The position numbers and the translations under genes are program-made. This document shows, in pieces, positions 1 through 11,200 of a stretch of DNA of 29,286 bases. Source of the stretch: a virus (lineage: Duplodnaviria; Caudoviricetes). The stretch covers positions 1 through 29,286 of IMG/VR virus record IMGVR_UViG_3300033406_000036; one strand, given 5' to 3'. The notes under the pieces were generated by a model. It saw only the letters and a list, made by a program, of their open reading frames with translations, made no database searches and was not told the origin of the DNA. How positions within the stretch are numbered: position 1 is the first letter of the stretch; the number at the start of each line of letters is the position of its first letter.

Positions 1-1121
1 AGGCCAAGACCGATAAAATTGTTGCCGAACTGAAACGGATTATTGCGGATGCCGGAGATAATGTGGAATTATCCAACTCAGCAAAAGCATTGCTACGCCA
101 AATTGTCAAATCCGTGCATGATTTTGCCGATGCTGTTATCCAGCGCATTGACGCTGATCTGCAAAATGAAATTGCTATGATTAACGCTAATCGTAGTTTA
201 ACGAGTATGCAGAAGCAGGATAAGATTGATGAGGCGACTAGGCAGAAGACTGGGGAAAAGGCTGCAGAGTATGAAAGGCAAGCTAAAGACCTTAGAGATA
301 TTGATAAGCTTAACGGGAATAATAATAATGCTGCGAAGATAATTGATCTTCAAAAATTAGCCGAATTAAACCGCCGACTAGCAGAAACACCAACCCTTCT
401 TGATAGAATCCATCAAGCTAGTAAACAAGGCTTAGAGGATGGCTTACTGGACTTTTTAGAGCGTGGTGTAATTGAATGTAAAAATCTTGGCGAAGCTTTC
501 CGTAACCTTGCAATCACTGTTCTGCAGTCAATTCAAAAGATATATGCTCAAGAAATGACGAAGCGGCTTATGTCGGCATTTGGTTTGGGCAGTTATGGCA
601 ATTCTGTAAGTGGAAACTCTAGTTCGAATTTTAAATTTCCTACGAGCATTGACATAACAAAGCCTTTAGGATTTAAGGAAGGCGGAGAAATGGACAGCGG
701 CTTGGTTCGCGGGCCAGGAACCAGTACAAGCGACAGTATTCTAGCATGGGTACAAAACTTGAAAAAATTTATACGAGTTGGCAATGCAGAGTTTATGATC
801 AAAGGTGATGCGGTTAAGAAATACGGCACTAATTTTCTAAACGCGATCAATAGTGGACGTGTACCAGTAAGTATGCTTCAACGCTATGCTGTGGGTGGTT
901 CTCTGACTAATAGGAGCATTGCCGATATCCCTGGCCCGCAGGAGTTGGCAGCATCGCTAGTTAATAATAACAGCACCACTATTCCGCTTAGTATTATGAA
1001 TGTGCTTGATCCCGGTTTAATGGGTAAATTTGTACAGACTCGTGAAGGGAAAAGAGCTTTGCTGAATTATATTAAAGATGATGCAGGAACTATTAGACGT
1101 ATCCTAAATATACCCCGATGA
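1..1121 (+). CDS. Phage tail tape measure protein, C-terminal part (5' truncated by window)
   Basis: Frame is open from position 3; helical, charged N-part; C-terminal FKEGG..GLVRGPGTSTSDSILA..GNAEFMIKGDAVKKYGTNFLNAINSG is typical of tape-measure C-termini; precedes tail-tip genes. Confidence 0.85.
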   Translation, partial: AKTDKIVAELKRIIADAGDNVELSNSAKALLRQIVKSVHDFADAVIQRIDADLQNEIAMINANRSLTSMQKQDKIDEATRQKTGEKAAEYERQAKDLRDIDKLNGNNNNAAKIIDLQKLAELNRRLAETPTLLDRIHQASKQGLEDGLLDFLERGVIECKNLGEAFRNLAITVLQSIQKIYAQEMTKRLMSAFGLGSYGNSVSGNSSSNFKFPTSIDITKPLGFKEGGEMDSGLVRGPGTSTSDSILAWVQNLKKFIRVGNAEFMIKGDAVKKYGTNFLNAINSGRVPVSMLQRYAVGGSLTNRSIADIPGPQELAASLVNNNSTTIPLSIMNVLDPGLMGKFVQTREGKRALLNYIKDDAGTIRRILNIPR

Positions 1122-1151
1122 TTGACGCAAATCGGCAGAAAATGGTACAGT
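1122..1151 (+). promoter_or_regulatory. Sigma-A-type promoter of the moron
   Basis: TTGACG (1122-1127), 18-nt spacer ending in TGG, TACAGT (1146-1151), immediately after the tape-measure stop. Confidence 0.55.
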
Positions 1152-1173
1152 ATAGTCAAAAAGGGTGATCGGC

Positions 1174-1668
1174 TTGAAAAAAGTTGTACTCATTTTGAGT
1201 TTGGTTATGTTGATGGGTATGGGTGTAGCTAATGCAGAGATAACAAGAGGTCAAGACAGTTTTAGTGGTGGTGTAACGATAAATAGTGTGACAAATACTT
1301 CTGACCCAACAGAACTAGATCAACTAGTGTTTCGGAAATGTGTCAATACTAGTCCTAGTGAGTACGAACTTTGGGCTAATCGGATTACATCTAAAGAATT
1401 CTTATTTACCAATACGTTTATTGAATTGAGAATTGACAACAATTCAACACGGAAAATTACCATTACGAAAAATGGAATAATTTCTTTGGCGGATGGTTAC
1501 AAAAAATATTCTCATATTACCGTACCATTATCTATTGAATTCATTGAGCAAATTAAATCTGCTCAGCGAGTTGCATTAAGATTTCAAACTATGACCGGTT
1601 CATACGTCTACATCCTCCCCGACCCCGTTCTTGCCGAATGGAAAGAAGTCATCAACACGGAAAAATAA
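1174..1668 (+). CDS. Moron: exported hypothetical protein with signal peptide
   Basis: Likely TTG start at 1174 after AAGGGTGA; MKKVVLILSLVMLMGMGVANA|E signal peptide; AT-richer than the flanks; own promoter and terminator. Confidence 0.75.
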   Translation: MKKVVLILSLVMLMGMGVANAEITRGQDSFSGGVTINSVTNTSDPTELDQLVFRKCVNTSPSEYELWANRITSKEFLFTNTFIELRIDNNSTRKITITKNGIISLADGYKKYSHITVPLSIEFIEQIKSAQRVALRFQTMTGSYVYILPDPVLAEWKEVINTEK

Positions 1669-1679
1669 ATAAACAAGGC

Positions 1680-1712
1680 AAAACCCTCGGAATGCTTCCG
1701 GGGGTTTTCTTA
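1680..1712 (+). terminator. Intrinsic terminator after the moron
   Basis: AAAACCCTCGGAA-TGC-TTCCGGGGGTTTT-CTT. Confidence 0.75.
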
Positions 1713-1735
1713 TGCCTGAAATGAGGTGATCCCAT

Positions 1736-2653
1736 ATGGCAACACACATCGGAACGGCCAATAACGTTCCACAACTATTGAAGAACGTTATAACCTTCCT
1801 AACTAACCCCGTCAATTTCAGCGGGGGAAACCAATGGAAACTTGTTGCCCCTTTGACAATCAATGACATTGCCGATGAAGTCATTCTCAAAGGCGTGGGT
1901 GACGGCCAGGACGATATCTATATTGGTTTTAAACTCAGTTATCAGGATGCTGGTCAGGTCGATATTGTTATTAATGGCTATGCCGGTTATGATCCCGGCC
2001 TCACATGGCGGGAGCAGCCTGGCGGCATACCTCACGCAACCTTGCCGACCATACCACTGGTTGACGACAGCTTCATGACCTACTGGATCAGCGCCAACGC
2101 ACAGCGCATTATCCTTGTAGTAGAGCTCTCCACCCAATACGAATCAGCCTATATTGGCCTCATGAACCCAATCGCCATAGAGCGGCAGTATCCATACCCA
2201 CTGGTCATCGGCGGCAGCTACTACGAAGGCGGGAAATGGACAGATACCACATGGGGGCATAGCTGCTTCGTCAATCCTGGCGGCAGTACAGCTGCAACAT
2301 CACTGCGTGTTCGGCGTCCAGACGGCGTTTGGCGGGTAGGACTCAATTGGAACGGAAACGCATTGGCACCATTGGCACCGCTTTGTGTATGGCCAACCAA
2401 TGTGGCCCCTGTCCGGACCGTCACCGTTTATGATCCGGTTCTTACATTGGAGAATGTTGTCATGTATCCATTTCTTCTATACGAAAATGACCCGGTGGGC
2501 ATTATAGGCCAATTTGACGGCGTATACTGGGTTGGCAACCGGGAGGATATTGCCACAAAAGACACCATCACCTATGGCGGCAAAACATACAAAATTTTTA
2601 ACAATGTCCAACGACGTGACAACGACCAGTACTTTGCCATTGAGTGGTCATAG
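1736..2653 (+). CDS. Virion structural (tail tip/baseplate) protein, paralog 1
   Basis: GAGGTGA RBS; follows tape measure; shares GTA..LL, W..QPGG and QYP(Y/F)P.VI.GS motifs with the next ORF. Confidence 0.7.
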   Translation: MATHIGTANNVPQLLKNVITFLTNPVNFSGGNQWKLVAPLTINDIADEVILKGVGDGQDDIYIGFKLSYQDAGQVDIVINGYAGYDPGLTWREQPGGIPHATLPTIPLVDDSFMTYWISANAQRIILVVELSTQYESAYIGLMNPIAIERQYPYPLVIGGSYYEGGKWTDTTWGHSCFVNPGGSTAATSLRVRRPDGVWRVGLNWNGNALAPLAPLCVWPTNVAPVRTVTVYDPVLTLENVVMYPFLLYENDPVGIIGQFDGVYWVGNREDIATKDTITYGGKTYKIFNNVQRRDNDQYFAIEWS

Positions 2654-2664
2654 GAGGCTATACT

Positions 2665-4092
2665 ATGCCATACATAAAGGGAACAGCTACCAGCTATGAG
2701 GATTTGATTGCGCAGCTGGTTGTCTGGGTAACCGATACTGCCATTCACGGCGACAACGCCTGGGAACTCATGCGCAGTGAGCCATGGCCGAGGGGAACCA
2801 TTCTAAAAGCCAAAGGCCTGCAAGGCCAGGATCATTGCTATATCGGTTTGATGGCCCTGAATATTGATAGCAATTCCTACGCCAACTGGTATTTTACCCC
2901 CGCCAATTTCACCAAGTATTTCGTTTGGTCCCCGTATGGACTAAATTTACCGTTAGGGAGATCCTTTAGATTGACCGGTAATGGGGTAGTCGTGGATGAT
3001 AGCATATATTCCATAAGCAGTGCCAATATATTCGCCAATTCCTTCAAAGCCTTAGTGTTCGGCGTGTTCAAGCAATACGCACCTGGACTTGACTGGGATG
3101 AGCAGCCGGGCGGACTCAATATTGATCCGGCAGGCATGGGACTCAAGAAAGGCGTTTTATACTTAGACGGAGAGCCTTCACGTCGTTTTACCCTGCCGTT
3201 ATACCCAGGCACGGGCTACCCCGGTATTGGCATGAACACCGATGATCCCGTTGAGGGGAAGTTTACTTTCTGGCTAAAAAAAGATAAAAGCCGTATCACC
3301 GTAATCACTAAAAACAGAATGCTATTTCCCGACACCGAATACTGGGACATGGCTCAGGCTGGCATGCTGGTGCCTTATCACGGCAGAATGCAGTATCCGT
3401 TTCCGGCAGTCATTGCCGGTAGCAGTTCCGGTGCCGTTTCGGTGGGGCGATTGGATTCTACGTTCAGTCCTGACAATCCGGTTCCACTTATTGATGTGCA
3501 GATTGATTACGGCCGTCACCACTGGATGATGACGCGCGGCATGCCTACGTTCCCCACCATGGCAACCGATGCCCCGAACAGCCTGTCGCAGATTGTGCTT
3601 TGTCTGCCTGATGGAATCTGGCAGTATTTCGCTAATCAAGTGCAACAAATCGTACCCTACGTGCCAAGGGGAGAAAAGGATCCGGTTTTTATCGTTGATA
3701 AACCTAGGAAAGGGCCGCAAATCAGCCATTACGTCACGCCAACTTATACCGATCTGCGGGGGACAGAACACCTGTATCAATATCCTCCCCTAGAAGATGA
3801 AATCATTTATCAACTCGAAACGCTGAAACTGATTCAGGCCGATAGCCAGCGCAAAAACATACTGGGTTTTTTGGCAAATCTTTTCTGGTCCAGCTTGCCC
3901 GCCCAAAAGTATGGAGAAGTAGTGATTAATGGGAAGAAACATGTAATGCTTCCTAACTGCTGGAAAGAGCGAAACTGGTATTACCGCACCGGGCTGATGG
4001 GGGAATACAACCCCAATGATTTGTTGGCCAAGGAGATTGAAATTGCTCAGATGACGAAACAAACAAACTGCCTCATTCGATTGGAGGATTGA
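2665..4092 (+). CDS. Virion structural protein, paralog 2
   Basis: ATG 2665 after AGGAGG; MPYIKGTATS..., GQDHCYIGL, PGLDWDEQPGG and QYPFPAVIAGS align with 1736..2653. Confidence 0.7.
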   Translation: MPYIKGTATSYEDLIAQLVVWVTDTAIHGDNAWELMRSEPWPRGTILKAKGLQGQDHCYIGLMALNIDSNSYANWYFTPANFTKYFVWSPYGLNLPLGRSFRLTGNGVVVDDSIYSISSANIFANSFKALVFGVFKQYAPGLDWDEQPGGLNIDPAGMGLKKGVLYLDGEPSRRFTLPLYPGTGYPGIGMNTDDPVEGKFTFWLKKDKSRITVITKNRMLFPDTEYWDMAQAGMLVPYHGRMQYPFPAVIAGSSSGAVSVGRLDSTFSPDNPVPLIDVQIDYGRHHWMMTRGMPTFPTMATDAPNSLSQIVLCLPDGIWQYFANQVQQIVPYVPRGEKDPVFIVDKPRKGPQISHYVTPTYTDLRGTEHLYQYPPLEDEIIYQLETLKLIQADSQRKNILGFLANLFWSSLPAQKYGEVVINGKKHVMLPNCWKERNWYYRTGLMGEYNPNDLLAKEIEIAQMTKQTNCLIRLED

Positions 4093-4095
4093 CCT

Positions 4096-5175
4096 ATGGC
4101 ATATGAAAAACATATATTGACTGGCGGTCCCAATGAACTTATCAACCTTTTGCGTGCCTATGCCGTAAACTGCGGGTGGACCATCTTAGTGGAAAACGAT
4201 GATTTGGCCATTGACGGCAGCGGCTCTATTGACGGTCGGCGGCTTGTCCTGCAGAGCCCCAGCGGGAAAACTTTTGCCAGCTTCCGGTCCGCCAACGGGA
4301 AAAAGATTTTTAACACCCAGGCGGCTGTTGGCAGCGGTCTAGGGCTGGTGTGCGCTGCCGGTTTTCAGGAATTTCCGGCCAGTGGCTTTTGGTATGATCA
4401 GCCTGGTGCTACGAAGGCAACCAACCAGGAAGTAGTTGGCGTTGGCATCCCCGTGCAACCTGCCACAACGCAAACCGTATATTTCAACCACATTCACGAT
4501 CCTGCAGAATTAATTTTAATCTCTGTGGAAGTCATAGACAAAACCTATCAGCATATGGCAGTAGGCGAAGTGCAAAAAGTCGGCTCCTGGACAGGCGGAA
4601 CCATTTACAGCGCCAGCCGAAATAGTGCTAATATGTTTTCCGCTTTCGACACAGTAAGCCTGGAGAATAATAGCAACCACCTATTTGGACTCAGCCAGAA
4701 TGCAAGTACGTTTCTACGGGCCGACATCGATGCTGCACCTCTGCGGGTGCCGGAAGTTCTATGGGCCTCCGGTGGCCCCAATACCGGAGGGGTAACCGCT
4801 GGGTACACAGGCAAGACGTTAGCTCTGCCGGTGATGAATATCAACTGCCTAAATGCTGCCTGGCTGCCGAAGGTGCCGCACTACGGCTACCTGCAGTCAC
4901 AAAATGCCACTGACACTGGCCGCAATGTTAACACGCTCAACTGCATCAGTGTGAATTTGCCGCTGGCAGTCTACGTGCAGCGTGACCCGGATTCGCTTAT
5001 GAACTTCAGTCAGTGCGGCTATGTGCCTGGTGTGTGTTTCATCAGTACCCGAAATCTGGCACCCGGGCAAATATACAACGTGAACTATCCGGCATCAGAT
5101 ACAACTTATCAAGCGTTTCCGCAAACCAGGCGGGGCGGTCCCATGGGCTATGACGGTATTGCCATCCTGCAATAA
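4096..5175 (+). CDS. Virion structural protein, paralog 3 (more distant)
   Basis: GGAGG RBS; LINLLRAYAVNCGWT and WYDQPGA motifs; tightly packed in the tail operon. Confidence 0.65.
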   Translation: MAYEKHILTGGPNELINLLRAYAVNCGWTILVENDDLAIDGSGSIDGRRLVLQSPSGKTFASFRSANGKKIFNTQAAVGSGLGLVCAAGFQEFPASGFWYDQPGATKATNQEVVGVGIPVQPATTQTVYFNHIHDPAELILISVEVIDKTYQHMAVGEVQKVGSWTGGTIYSASRNSANMFSAFDTVSLENNSNHLFGLSQNASTFLRADIDAAPLRVPEVLWASGGPNTGGVTAGYTGKTLALPVMNINCLNAAWLPKVPHYGYLQSQNATDTGRNVNTLNCISVNLPLAVYVQRDPDSLMNFSQCGYVPGVCFISTRNLAPGQIYNVNYPASDTTYQAFPQTRRGGPMGYDGIAILQ

Positions 5176-5190
5176 CAGGAGGTGATTAGC

Positions 5191-6159
5191 ATGAGCGGCA
5201 TAACTATCCCGGGGCTGATGTACCTACCGCCGTTTGGTTTTACTGTAGCCAACAGGAGCCTTGCCGGTCGCAGTAGTCCCTTGTTTCCAAACCGATTGCT
5301 GGGACTAAAGGGGGAAGTAAGAGAGGCCGTTCCATATGTGTTCCGCGGAGATCAACTCACCTGGGCTGTCATTGAATTTCTACAGATCGTCTGGGGCGAT
5401 CAGGAAACCTTGCGTTATGCATCCCTGCAGCCAGACTGGAAATATGAATGGAACTTGAATACCAAGGCATTTAGCGTTACGAATGAAATGGGGCAAACGA
5501 CAATCCATAGCGACGTTGCCACGCTGACCGGTCTTGGCATCTCGTGGGAAATTTTTATGAGTACGCAGTTTTGGATCTATTTTGATCCCAACAATGGCCC
5601 GGTCAAGGAAGTCTTTTTGATTAGCAAGCGCCAAGACCTGAATCACTATGCGGAAAAGAAACCATTTGGCTCTATGGATATTGACTATTTGCGAGGCAGT
5701 CAACACGCTGTTTTTGACTTTTTAAGCGGAGCTAATCCATCAGCGGATAGTGACGATCCCGATGATCCGAGCGGGGGGCCAGGCAGCGAGAACCCGGACA
5801 ACGATAATTCCAGCGGTGACACGGACGTATTACTGGTTACGCTGTTGGGCGTGGCAGCCTATCCAGATATTTTACTGGCCTATACCAATGAAATCAATTT
5901 CATTAACTATTATCCGATTGACCTTTATCCTGGCGAGCAAGGCAAAGCGGCTGAGCGGCAACGTATCCAGCACCAGGGCTATGCCCAAACCATATCCTAT
6001 TTGATGATTCATATGTTTGCGTCTCGCTTACTGTCGCCGTTGAACTCAAAAATCGTATACGAACCCTGGATGCTATGGGAAATGTTTAAGTGGTTTTACG
6101 TGCGGCCAAACGCCGGCACGCGGGATAAAATCTTCGACCTGTCGCCATGGTGGGGGTGA
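5191..6159 (+). CDS. Phage tail-region hypothetical protein with acidic low-complexity linker
   Basis: ATG 5191 after AGGAGGTG; SADSDDPDDPSGGPGSENPDNDNSSGDTD linker; operon position. Confidence 0.6.
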   Translation: MSGITIPGLMYLPPFGFTVANRSLAGRSSPLFPNRLLGLKGEVREAVPYVFRGDQLTWAVIEFLQIVWGDQETLRYASLQPDWKYEWNLNTKAFSVTNEMGQTTIHSDVATLTGLGISWEIFMSTQFWIYFDPNNGPVKEVFLISKRQDLNHYAEKKPFGSMDIDYLRGSQHAVFDFLSGANPSADSDDPDDPSGGPGSENPDNDNSSGDTDVLLVTLLGVAAYPDILLAYTNEINFINYYPIDLYPGEQGKAAERQRIQHQGYAQTISYLMIHMFASRLLSPLNSKIVYEPWMLWEMFKWFYVRPNAGTRDKIFDLSPWWG

Positions 6160-6163
6160 TTCT

Positions 6164-7384
6164 TTGGCAGATACTAAAATATCCGAGACTCTGGAATTTT
6201 TGACACAGATCCATACGGCATGGGTCAACACCGAGCAGCGCATGGCACTCCGGAAATATCCTAGGCGCTATGTTTCGTATGAATATATTGGCATGAAACC
6301 CTCGCAGAGCCAGTACCTGAGAGCTTTGCTTTACAGTAAGCAAACCGAACAGATTGAAATTCCGCTGTGGCACGCTGGCTGCGAATTGCCGGAACAAACC
6401 TTTATTGGGCAAAGCGAGATCCGGCTGCAGACGGACAAGATCTGGCCCTATCGTGGCTGCCGTAAAGCTATCTTCTGGTACGATGACCAAAGAGGCGGCG
6501 ATCCATACATACTGCAATCTCTGTTGGGGGATGGGACTCTCAAACTTGGCGAGCAGATGGGAAAAATCTATCCAGCCCGGCGAACCACCGTTTTTCCAGT
6601 AGCCTATGCAATCTTGCAGCAGGAAGATAAATATAACCTGTATACGTCAGCTCATATGTCGATGCAGCTTAATTTGGAATTAATGACCAATGAGGTCATG
6701 GTACCGATTCCCGCCTCGCTGGATGAATACCATGACGTGCCCTGGCAAACCAAGAGCCCCTGGCAGACAGCCCTGCCGACGCTGTACATGGGTACCGAAG
6801 TCTTTCCCATTGCGCCCGCCTGGAACGGTAATATCGCAGCGAACTTCACCCGCAATGCGAATAAGCTGGATAACCAGACAGGTATGATCCGCTATGATTT
6901 AAAAAGCATGGATACCTCGGAGACCAAGGAAATCGAATATATCGGCCTCAGCCGGTCGGAAGTCCATAACCTGCAGCGGTTTTTCTGTCGCTGCAAAGGC
7001 CAGTGCAAATCCTTTTACGCACCAACCTGGTTATCGGATATGGTACTGGCTGCCGATGCGCCGGCTGGGCAGAATTATCTCCTAGTGGAATTCCCGCTAT
7101 TTTGGAAATACTACGGCAGTCTTGCCCGCCGTAAAACCATTGTGGTGTTCCTGAATAACTACACGACAAAGATTTTGTCCATTGGCGGGTTTACCACCAA
7201 CGACACCGGGGAGATGGGCAAAGTACTGCTTGACAGCCCCTTACAAACTGCAATCCGGAAAAATTCTGTGGCCATGATTTCCTTTCTCTGTCGGTATCGC
7301 CACGACAGCGATACCATGATCACCAACTATGAGACCGTGGGAATTGCCTCCACGGCCTTTACTTTTGCGGAGGTGAATGCATAA
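6164..7384 (+). CDS. Phage distal-tail/baseplate-type structural protein
   Basis: TTG after GGGGGTGA; ETLEFLT..EQRMALRKYPRR N-terminus and duplicated IPLW / SFYAPTW motifs, as in proteins preceding DUF2163 genes. Confidence 0.6.
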   Translation: MADTKISETLEFLTQIHTAWVNTEQRMALRKYPRRYVSYEYIGMKPSQSQYLRALLYSKQTEQIEIPLWHAGCELPEQTFIGQSEIRLQTDKIWPYRGCRKAIFWYDDQRGGDPYILQSLLGDGTLKLGEQMGKIYPARRTTVFPVAYAILQQEDKYNLYTSAHMSMQLNLELMTNEVMVPIPASLDEYHDVPWQTKSPWQTALPTLYMGTEVFPIAPAWNGNIAANFTRNANKLDNQTGMIRYDLKSMDTSETKEIEYIGLSRSEVHNLQRFFCRCKGQCKSFYAPTWLSDMVLAADAPAGQNYLLVEFPLFWKYYGSLARRKTIVVFLNNYTTKILSIGGFTTNDTGEMGKVLLDSPLQTAIRKNSVAMISFLCRYRHDSDTMITNYETVGIASTAFTFAEVNA

Positions 7385-8281
7385 ATGGCCAATTCCAATA
7401 TCAGCACTTATGAAAACTCGCAGCAGGATGGCCAGCCGATTGAATGCTATCGGTTTACCTACAAAGATACGGCCTATTTATACACGTCCGACCGGTTTGA
7501 CGTGCAATTGACCATGCGACAGGGTCAGACCACCCGTACTGAAAACTATACAGCAGATTATATTACCAGGGGTGACATCAAGTCACAAGGACAGGGGAAT
7601 CCGGTTAGTACACCGGTAACCGTCAGCAAAGACAACGCTGTGGCCAAGCTGTTTCAGGGAGCACCGCCGGATAAACCGGTCCTTTTGCAGGTGTTCCGGC
7701 TACATGATCAGGACCACAGCGCCTTTGACAAAATCTTTGTCGGCGAAGTAATTCAGGGCAATTTCAAAGATTCCAGTTGCGAGCTGACCGTAAAAATAGA
7801 AAACTGGCTCAGCAAAAAACTGCCGAACGTAATGCGGCAGTTTTCCTGCAATAATGTTATTTTTGACAGCAAATGCCGCTTAAGGAAACAGGAGTGGGCG
7901 GTGCAGATCTATATAGACCGGGTGGATGGACTGGAGGTTACGTCCAGTCAGATAGCTGGGTTTGCGGAAAACTATCTTGCTGGCGGCAAATTCTATTTTG
8001 GCGACAATGTCCGCATGATTGAGAGCAACAAGAACGACAAGCTTATTTTGCGATATCCATTCCCAAGCACACCCATGAACTACGTAACCGTGACGCCTGG
8101 ATGCAATCAGTTATTTAGGACGTGTGCCCTTCGGTATCAGAATACGCTTAATTTTTCCGGGTGTCCTTATGTGGCGCCGGCAACGAATGATAAAACCAAA
8201 GTCGGCAAAGGTGTCTACTGGGTAGATTCTCAGGTTATACAGAGGGACACGGACGGCTTTGTTGGCACTATTTCCATGTAA
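7385..8281 (+). CDS. DUF2163 / BR0599-family tail hub protein (Cys-rich, probable Fe-S)
   Basis: PIECYRF N-terminus; QFSCNNVIFDSKC and PGCNQLFRTC..NTLNFSGCPYV cysteine motifs. Confidence 0.85.
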   Translation: MANSNISTYENSQQDGQPIECYRFTYKDTAYLYTSDRFDVQLTMRQGQTTRTENYTADYITRGDIKSQGQGNPVSTPVTVSKDNAVAKLFQGAPPDKPVLLQVFRLHDQDHSAFDKIFVGEVIQGNFKDSSCELTVKIENWLSKKLPNVMRQFSCNNVIFDSKCRLRKQEWAVQIYIDRVDGLEVTSSQIAGFAENYLAGGKFYFGDNVRMIESNKNDKLILRYPFPSTPMNYVTVTPGCNQLFRTCALRYQNTLNFSGCPYVAPATNDKTKVGKGVYWVDSQVIQRDTDGFVGTISM

Positions 8282-8296
8282 AAGAGGTGAGACGAA

Positions 8297-11200
8297 ATGA
8301 GCATGAACCCTTTTGTCGGCTGGAGTGTAACCACGCTGCTGCTTTGGCTGTTAAATAAAAAAAACAAGGATAGCAGTGATGATACTTCCAATGATCCGGA
8401 AACGTTAAACGCCTCACCAGCCCAGGTGGGGACGCCGGTACCGGTGGTGTTGGGCAGGACATTGTTAAAAAATCCTTTGATTATCTATTATGGTGATTTT
8501 AGTGCTAAGGCCTATACCGAGACTTATGCGGCTCATGCGAACTTTTCTGCTTGGCCGATGGTATTTTCCTTAATAGCACAAGTACTTTCCTCTCCTTCAA
8601 CTGGTGTAACAAACCCAGGACAGCCTGTAACAACGAACACTGGGGGAGGGGCAACATCGGGCCCTGGAACAAACAAAGATACTATGATTGTTCCACTTAT
8701 TCAAGCACTTTTTCAGTGGCTGCTTATGTGGCTCATTAATGGACGACATTTAAAAACAACTATTCAGAAAGGATTCAAGTACTATCTTGGCTATCAAATG
8801 CTCTGCTGCATGTCCGGTACCGATATCCGGCTGCGTGGCGTCTATTTGAAGGAACAAAAAGTCTGGGAAGGTGATGTCACACGGGAGGACTATCTAACTG
8901 GTCCGTTTGTCATCCCGGTAAATGACGAGGAACTGTTTGGCGGTCCCGATGAGGACGGCGGCTTTGTGGGTGAACTGCATATGTACCTGGGTGGACCTGA
9001 TCAGCCGGCTGATCCCTGGATGGTCAACCAAATGATGGCCGACACGGTCCAAGAGGAATTGCGCGGTCTGACGCCGGCCTACCGGCCTTTTGTTTCCATC
9101 GTGGTACCCACGGCCTACGTTGGCAAGCAGGCCAGTATTCCGGAAGCCTGGCTTGATCTGCAGTGGATACCCAATAGGTTAGGCCTGGGAGCAATCGGGG
9201 AGGATGCCAATCCCATGGAAGCCATATACGAGATGCATGTCAATTCAGAGTGGGGCCTTAATCGGTCCTCGGAGTTATTGAATACCGAATCAATGATTGC
9301 TGTTGGCCAGCGACTAAAAGATGAGGGCTTGGGAATTACCGTTCCGATCAGTAACAAGACGGAAGTCCAGCAGCTTATTGACGATATCTGCGACCACCTG
9401 GACATGGTCCGTTACACTGATCCGGAAACCGGAAAGCTGACGTTCAAGCTCATACGCAATGACTATGACGCCGCAAACTTGCCTATCTTTGATGAAACGA
9501 TCTGCAGCTCCGTGGAATATTCCCGTACCGTCTGGAGCAATACCAACGGCTCCATTTGCGCGGCCTATACCGACAGTATCGCCCAATATGAGACTAGTAC
9601 TGTTACCGACAACGATCCGGCAAACATAGAAATGAATGACGGCAATGCCAATGGAGAGGATTGTGATTTTAAGTACTTCACCACAGCGGGAAATGCGCGC
9701 TGGGGCGCGAAGCGCGAACTGCGGCAGCAGGGCTTTCCTTTGGCTGCGGCTACTCTTATTTGTAACCGGAAAGGCGCTTTTATCCGTCCTGGTGATGTAC
9801 TTAAATTAAACTGGCCACCCTATGGCATTAAAGATATGATCTTTCGGGTTACCGATATCGATCTTGGCGATTTTGTTAAAGGTGAAATCACCATCGAATG
9901 CATAGAAGATGTATTCGGCATGGGTAAATCCAAGTTCAGTTCGTCCGATTCCACCGAGTGGGTGCCACCGAAGAACTACCCAACTGGTGTGCAACTGTTT
10001 AAATACTTTGAAGCACCTTGGGAAATGATGCAGGTCAAAGACAGCTATGTATTTGCTTTAGCAGCTCGGCCAGATAACAAGACACAAAAATGGACCATCT
10101 GGCGGTACCGGGATTTGACTTGGGAAACTACTAATAGCCTAATCAAATGGACACCAACCGGCCAATTGATTAGCGATTACCGCGAAACGGGTGATATGGA
10201 AGATGTGGCCGGCTTTGAAATCCTGGATGTCGGCGGCGTAGGTGATTTGGCTCATAGATTGCTGGCGACAGGTACGCCTGGTTTCACGGCGGCTCGCAAT
10301 GGGGCGCGGCTGCTCATGGTTGACAATGAAATCATGGGATGGGGCAATCTTACTCAGCTCCCGAACGGCCACTGGCGGGTACAGAATGTCATTCGCGCGA
10401 CGTTTGACACCGTACCGGCCAGTCATGCCCAAGGAGCAACCGTATACTTTATTGACGCAGGGTATTATGCCAATGTCACCACTGGCGGTGCGGTCATTCC
10501 GGCTGGCATGACAACAGCGGAATCCTACAATATTACTACAGCTACTGCCGACGGCACTGAAGAGTTTGACGCCACCAAAATTACCAGCCTTACAACCAAA
10601 CGGCGTTCTGAGCGGCCTATTCCGCCAGGGCGCATTCGTTTGTCTACGCATATGCAAGAGAGCGTTCCACAAATTACACGGGCTGCCGGTGATGTGGTTC
10701 TTTCCTGGGCTCTGCGAAACAAACAGCAATCTTATGGGTGCGTATCTCAGGATGATACCAGCGACTTCTTTTCCGGGTTGGCTATTCATCCCATCGAGGG
10801 GCTGCAGACGATCATTCGCATTTATGCCGGCAGTGAGAAAATCCGAGAAACGATTCTGGATGCCAGCGTGGAGGACATGGTTATCATTGATGAAGTTGAA
10901 ACAATCCAGAATCGGTTGACTACTGAGTTTAACTATACCTGGGGGCAGCGTTGTTTAGACAAACTGGCTTTTGACATAGAAACCCGGGTGGAGATTACAG
11001 CGCTGCTTAACGGCCTAGAATCTTATCAAATACAACAACGAACCTTTAGCTGGAAACCACCGTACATGCTCAGCGGCTGCACGAATGCGGTGGAGGCACA
11101 GGCCATGATCCAGCAAAGCTGGCAGGACGGTGGCGTAGTGGTAAGATTTCCGGATGAAACCCTAAACAGGAGGATTGATGTCACTGACATGCCGGTGATC

